From: Lepidodermella squamata | Taxonomy: Eukaryota > Animalia > Gastrotricha | Assembly: GCA_047495785.1 (NCBI GenBank) | Contig: JBLDXI010000025.1 | Span: 1,488,001 to 1,552,000, forward strand | DNA: 64,000 bases | Reading direction: 5' to 3' | Shown: positions 59,816-64,000 of the stretch, in pieces | How the letters are laid out: each line of letters starts with the position of its first letter | How positions within the stretch are numbered: the first letter of the stretch is position 1 | Notes under the pieces: generated by a model | The model's database searches: none | The model's input: only the letters and a program-made list of their open reading frames with translations | What the model was told of the DNA's origin: nothing | Position numbers and translations under genes: made by a program

Positions 59816-60997
59816 ATGCAGATTATGATAGATTCAAACAAGAATATTTCTATTCAAATGCTTTTGACTTTCCAACTTCTGACGCTAAAAGTCAGCTTCC
59901 TCTGGGCTGGCAAGAGTGACGCCGAACTTCGTGAACCGGTCACTGTCGAAATGATAAACAAATGCCCCGCTCTTAACTCGCAGCGCTACTCGCCGAATTG
60001 CGAGACGTTCAAAGGAGAAAATTGCAATACCACGCTAGTTAACATTCACATGATTGTTCAAGCTTTCCATGACGTCGATGATGTTTCAGAAAGTTTCGAA
60101 GTCGCAGGCCAGCTGAAGGTATCTTGGATGGCACCATGTGACGCTTTCACGAATCGAAGTGTGACATTCTACTCTAACGCTGACTTGCTCTGGCAGCCAT
60201 TGATCGAACATTCCAACTCCTTCGAGGATGCGGCCATGAGAGATTTTGGCGGTCAGCTGTTTATAACGTCTGCGACCGAGTCCCCGGTAGTTGCCTTTGA
60301 ATACACATTTACTGGGGTCTTCAAATCCGTTTGTGACCTGGGGCTAGAAGCATTTCCATTTGACACTCAGGAATGCAAAATGATCTTTGTCGTATTGCAA
60401 TATGGCTATGGTGTCAAAATCGACTCATCATGGTTTGCAATCGCAATAATGGAGGAAGAGAATGGTGGTGAATGGACTATGATCAGCAATAACTCTTCCG
60501 TGGAGAATCACGGCCATCATTTAGACAGAAATAGCTTCGCGACGTTCAACTTCAATCTAGCGAGGAATCCAGAGTATTACATCAATACACTGATGATTCC
60601 TTGTTCTTTGCTGGCATTCTCCGTAATCGTAGCATTTGCCTTAGATCCTAACGAGCCTGATAGGTCCATTTTTGCTGTTACTGTTCTGTTAGCTCTGATT
60701 TTTCTCGAGGGTCAAGTTTTGACCCACGTTCCTGTCAAACCTATTCGAATTTTTCTGATGAACTTCACTGATCTCATGACATTGTTAGCTTACCTTTGTA
60801 CGCTGTACGACATGGCCATATGTTGCGTGGCTCGGTCTTACGACAAGTGGTTTTCTCGAAAGAGACACGCCTGCTGCATTCGTATTTGCAATGGACGAAT
60901 TGTGGACATACTTGTAGTCCTGATCTTCCTCGCTTTTTATTTTGGAATTATTTTCTACGCCGTAGGTTTCGCAAGGCAAGCGGGTAAATCTGACTAA
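59816..60997 (+). CDS. Divergent intronless Cys-loop (pentameric) ligand-gated ion channel subunit, nAChR-like non-alpha
   Basis: Signal peptide (the start may be M at 59858); LWQP; Cys-loop CDLGLEAFPFDTQEC; GEW; RNPEYYI before M1; four TM helices; no vicinal CC in loop C. Confidence 0.9.
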   Translation: MQIMIDSNKNISIQMLLTFQLLTLKVSFLWAGKSDAELREPVTVEMINKCPALNSQRYSPNCETFKGENCNTTLVNIHMIVQAFHDVDDVSESFEVAGQLKVSWMAPCDAFTNRSVTFYSNADLLWQPLIEHSNSFEDAAMRDFGGQLFITSATESPVVAFEYTFTGVFKSVCDLGLEAFPFDTQECKMIFVVLQYGYGVKIDSSWFAIAIMEEENGGEWTMISNNSSVENHGHHLDRNSFATFNFNLARNPEYYINTLMIPCSLLAFSVIVAFALDPNEPDRSIFAVTVLLALIFLEGQVLTHVPVKPIRIFLMNFTDLMTLLAYLCTLYDMAICCVARSYDKWFSRKRHACCIRICNGRIVDILVVLIFLAFYFGIIFYAVGFARQAGKSD

Positions 60998-62160
60998 GTT
61001 TGAAATAAGATTAATGAGATTGTGCGTAAGCGTTCAATATTTCTAGAAATATTCGCCATTAACAACATCATCATTAGCTCTTTTGAACTTCTGAATTCTG
61101 ATAACCTAAAATTTAAGTTTGAATGTTGTTTGATTTCAATTGTGAGCGATTTCTACTTTATATTTATCATAGATGAAAACTAAATTTCATGCTAAATCAA
61201 TATGTAGTTATGGGTTATGGTAACAATTCAAGTCATTCTTTAAGAATTCAAGAATAAAGTTTAATACATATGTGTTAATACATTTAATACACACCGTTTG
61301 GCAAGTCCTTTTGGAAACTATAACAGCATTCCCTCGATTTCGTGAGTTGGCAAATCGAACGATAACACAAACACCCTCAATCAAGTATCAAGGAATTACA
61401 CTGTCCGCCTCCTCAGCTGGGAGTCTCATAATATCTCCAATCTCCAACATATTCGCGAAATGCCGACAGTGTGCCGGCACTCTACGAGGCATTATGAAAC
61501 GTAAGATATTACCGCAGCGACTGGGACTCATGTTTTATAAATCGACAGCTTACAGCTCGCGTTCAGCTCGCCATTATGTCTATATCAACCCTAGTAATCC
61601 ACGAGTAATCTACATCAATCAATAGTACTTATCAGTAGATTATTCCAAATTCAGGCAAATGGACTTCGCGCTAATATCGGCCTGCATTGACGCCGATTCC
61701 TTTGACAATTTATTTCTCGCTGATATGCCACCAATGGAAGATGTATCATCAATGCACGCCAACACAATCGCTGCCTGGCAGCTGGCGATGTTACGGCTGA
61801 CTATATTTAATGCGCGTAGTAGAAAAGTGAAAAACTAGCCCAGTTTATGACCTTTCATTTTTTCTGTTAGGCAATATCGTCCCCAATAATCTGAAACTAC
61901 GGTAACGTGCGTTAAAAACTACTGCACCGTAATATATGCATGCTTTACCGTAGCTCTGCATCAAGTCTATGGTAGAACTATGGTAAATATAGTACGACTG
62001 TTCCATGGAGGCTAGATGATTCTTCAAATTACTGAGAGAGATACCGATTTATTGGTGGTCTGCGTTACATAATTATTAGTAACGTTGCCTTTAAGACACA
62101 GAGATACGAATCAATTAATTTCAGTATAGGTGATATTTCTTAATAATAAGTATTGGTTAG

Positions 62161-62345
62161 TTATCGTTGTTTGGAATATAGATGGTGGTGAAGAATTCGA
62201 ATACTGTCTTTGAGGGCCTGTGAAGCGATATCGATGGCTGTGCCGGCGTTGATTCCATAATCGCGCAGAAGTTTGACAGCTTCTGTTGTCAGGGATCCGC
62301 GGGCACCGATGTATAGTCCATGTACTTCTAATGCGCTTATTTCAA
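62161..62345 (-). mobile_element. 5'-truncated R2/NeSL-type (restriction-like endonuclease) LINE 3' end
   Basis: Manual translation ALEVHGLYIGARGSLTTEAVKLLRDYGINAGTAIDIASQALKDSIRILHHHLYSKQR* resembles the RLE LINE C-terminus EV.GL..GARG...IA..AL..SI.IL..HLY. Confidence 0.65.
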
Positions 62346-62419
62346 ATATTAAGCTAGCTCAGGTTAGCTGATGTGGAATATTGGCGTGGTATGAAGCGGC
62401 CCATAAAAAAGCTATAGTT

Positions 62420-64000
62420 TTATGATCTGTTAACAGCCCTCATCTCCGTCAATCTTCGCATAACGGCACGAGGTCTGATGTAATTAGATATCGACCAAAA
62501 GAACGAATTGAAGAATGACATGGCTAGTCCCGCAAAAGCAATGACAGCATGTTGAGTAATCGCCTTTCTATCGAGCACTAGTAAAGCCAAAGATAGACTA
62601 AATAAAAGCATGGGCTGGGTCGCTAAACCAGCAGCGATCATTCTGAACTCCGGACAACGACTCATGTTAGTTTTGCTTGACTTTATGCGGTAAATTCCGC
62701 GCAGACCAACCATAAAAACGGCGAGATTGACGAATAGCAATGCAACCATCACAGGTATCTGATTCGGAGCAGAACATATAACAGAAAACGGTTCGAAAAC
62801 TGTATCGGCCTCCACGACGTAGTAGCTACTCTCCAGTTGTATAAGAGAGCAAGACATTGAGTCGCTAACCATATAGATTACTGTGGTTAGCCCGCACAAC
62901 CCCCCAAAGACGGGTGCCAGACCTGCGGTTCGTTTATCTGCTGCTGTAAGGTGGCTTTTCCTCATCAGTCGCATCCCATTTTCGTAATCTGCGCGTGAAA
63001 TTGGGGCGCTCCGTGAAGAAATGTTACTTGCTCGACTTATGCGAGTTTCCGCCATGATCAATCCGATCTCGTATAGCTTCACTGCGAGGAAATGCGACCT
63101 AGCTGCGATCAGACTATTTACAGCCGATATTGCCACCACAAACAAGATGTAACGAGAATAAGTCAAACCCAGGTGGCTAAAATCATGTGGGTCCAAACCA
63201 TCTCCACCGTCATATACGAACATCACCGAGACTGCATTCATCAACAAGCAGAAGCACAGCCCCGCGATCTTCGTTCTTTGAAAGTTCCTGCCTATTTTCA
63301 AAGTTCCCCGAAGCTTTGTATAAACCACTCCAATGAGATGCATTAGTTGAAGACCTGAAAGGACTCCAGCTATACTGCTAACAGTGGGCATCAACCATGT
63401 AGGGATACGAGTAGGTATATTTTGAAATGACGTGACATCTTTCGGTCGCTTTCCACCCCAAGCTGCCCATGCAAAATCATTATGAATGTAATCATTTGCA
63501 GAATCCCAAACATTCACCAGAGCTTGTCCATTCCAGTATTTGAACAGGACATCAGGTTGAACCAAGCCATCTCTCGTATACTTTATTACGGCCGTGCGCA
63601 AACCCTTTAGCAAGAGGTTCCTATGAGCATCGTTCAGAACTTTCGTGAACAGCAACTTGTTCTGCGATGAAGAGTAGTTAACAAGCGATAGGTTATAATT
63701 CGCCTTCAGAATCTTCTCCGCACCGGCTAGAGTCCACAATGCTTTCACGGTCATGTCGTAGCAGGTGTATCGGAAAATGTAATCAGGAGGTTGATATTTG
63801 TTCAAATACTCAGGAGAAGCCAGGGCTTGGTCGAGCTCTGCTAGTGTGTAGCCAAGTTGAGATTTGAAATCTGGTGTCGGCTGTCCGCCTTGAAAATCCC
63901 AGAAAATGTAAGAGTACTGTCGTAGAATGATCTCTCGAGTGCACTGCGTTCCGGCTACAACCGTTGGCAAATTTGCAGGTTCGAAAAACCCGTTCGCGCC
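62420..64000 (-). CDS. Divergent class C-like 7TM GPCR; 5' end probably lies beyond the window
   Basis: About 190-aa extracellular segment followed by seven hydrophobic helices; ECL2 Cys (VICS); PEFRMIA at the TM6 start resembles the class C NE(S/A)K.I motif. Confidence 0.65.
   Translation of the reverse strand, partial: GANGFFEPANLPTVVAGTQCTREIILRQYSYIFWDFQGGQPTPDFKSQLGYTLAELDQALASPEYLNKYQPPDYIFRYTCYDMTVKALWTLAGAEKILKANYNLSLVNYSSSQNKLLFTKVLNDAHRNLLLKGLRTAVIKYTRDGLVQPDVLFKYWNGQALVNVWDSANDYIHNDFAWAAWGGKRPKDVTSFQNIPTRIPTWLMPTVSSIAGVLSGLQLMHLIGVVYTKLRGTLKIGRNFQRTKIAGLCFCLLMNAVSVMFVYDGGDGLDPHDFSHLGLTYSRYILFVVAISAVNSLIAARSHFLAVKLYEIGLIMAETRISRASNISSRSAPISRADYENGMRLMRKSHLTAADKRTAGLAPVFGGLCGLTTVIYMVSDSMSCSLIQLESSYYVVEADTVFEPFSVICSAPNQIPVMVALLFVNLAVFMVGLRGIYRIKSSKTNMSRCPEFRMIAAGLATQPMLLFSLSLALLVLDRKAITQHAVIAFAGLAMSFFNSFFWSISNYIRPRAVMRRLTEMRAVNRS

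Noticed and set aside
61272-61800. Exon-like segments with GT-AG sites downstream of the Cys-loop gene
   Set aside because: I could not assemble a stop-free spliced frame or recognise a product.

Overview
This is gene-dense eukaryotic DNA from an invertebrate animal, with GT-AG introns mostly about 45-70 bp long; I cannot name the taxon from sequence alone. The left part (1-35.5 kb) holds conserved genes: LRRC40, ZDHHC16, an ADAM metalloprotease, a neprilysin, a receptor guanylyl cyclase, Abl kinase, an orphan single-pass membrane protein, BCKDHA and FATP/SLC27A. A few enlarged introns there carry retroelement fragments and MITEs. The right part (36-64 kb) is accessory-like. It contains two small paralogues resembling the TDP-43 N-terminal domain, an intron-containing trifunctional ligase-kinase-CPDase of fungal Trl1 type, four tandem divergent rhodopsin-like GPCRs, an intronless divergent Cys-loop channel, a class C-like GPCR cut by the window end, and several non-autonomous transposons. 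The Trl1-like RNA repair enzyme is the standout, since animals normally ligate tRNA halves with RtcB. All exon structures were worked out by hand, and family calls rest on remembered motifs rather than database searches.
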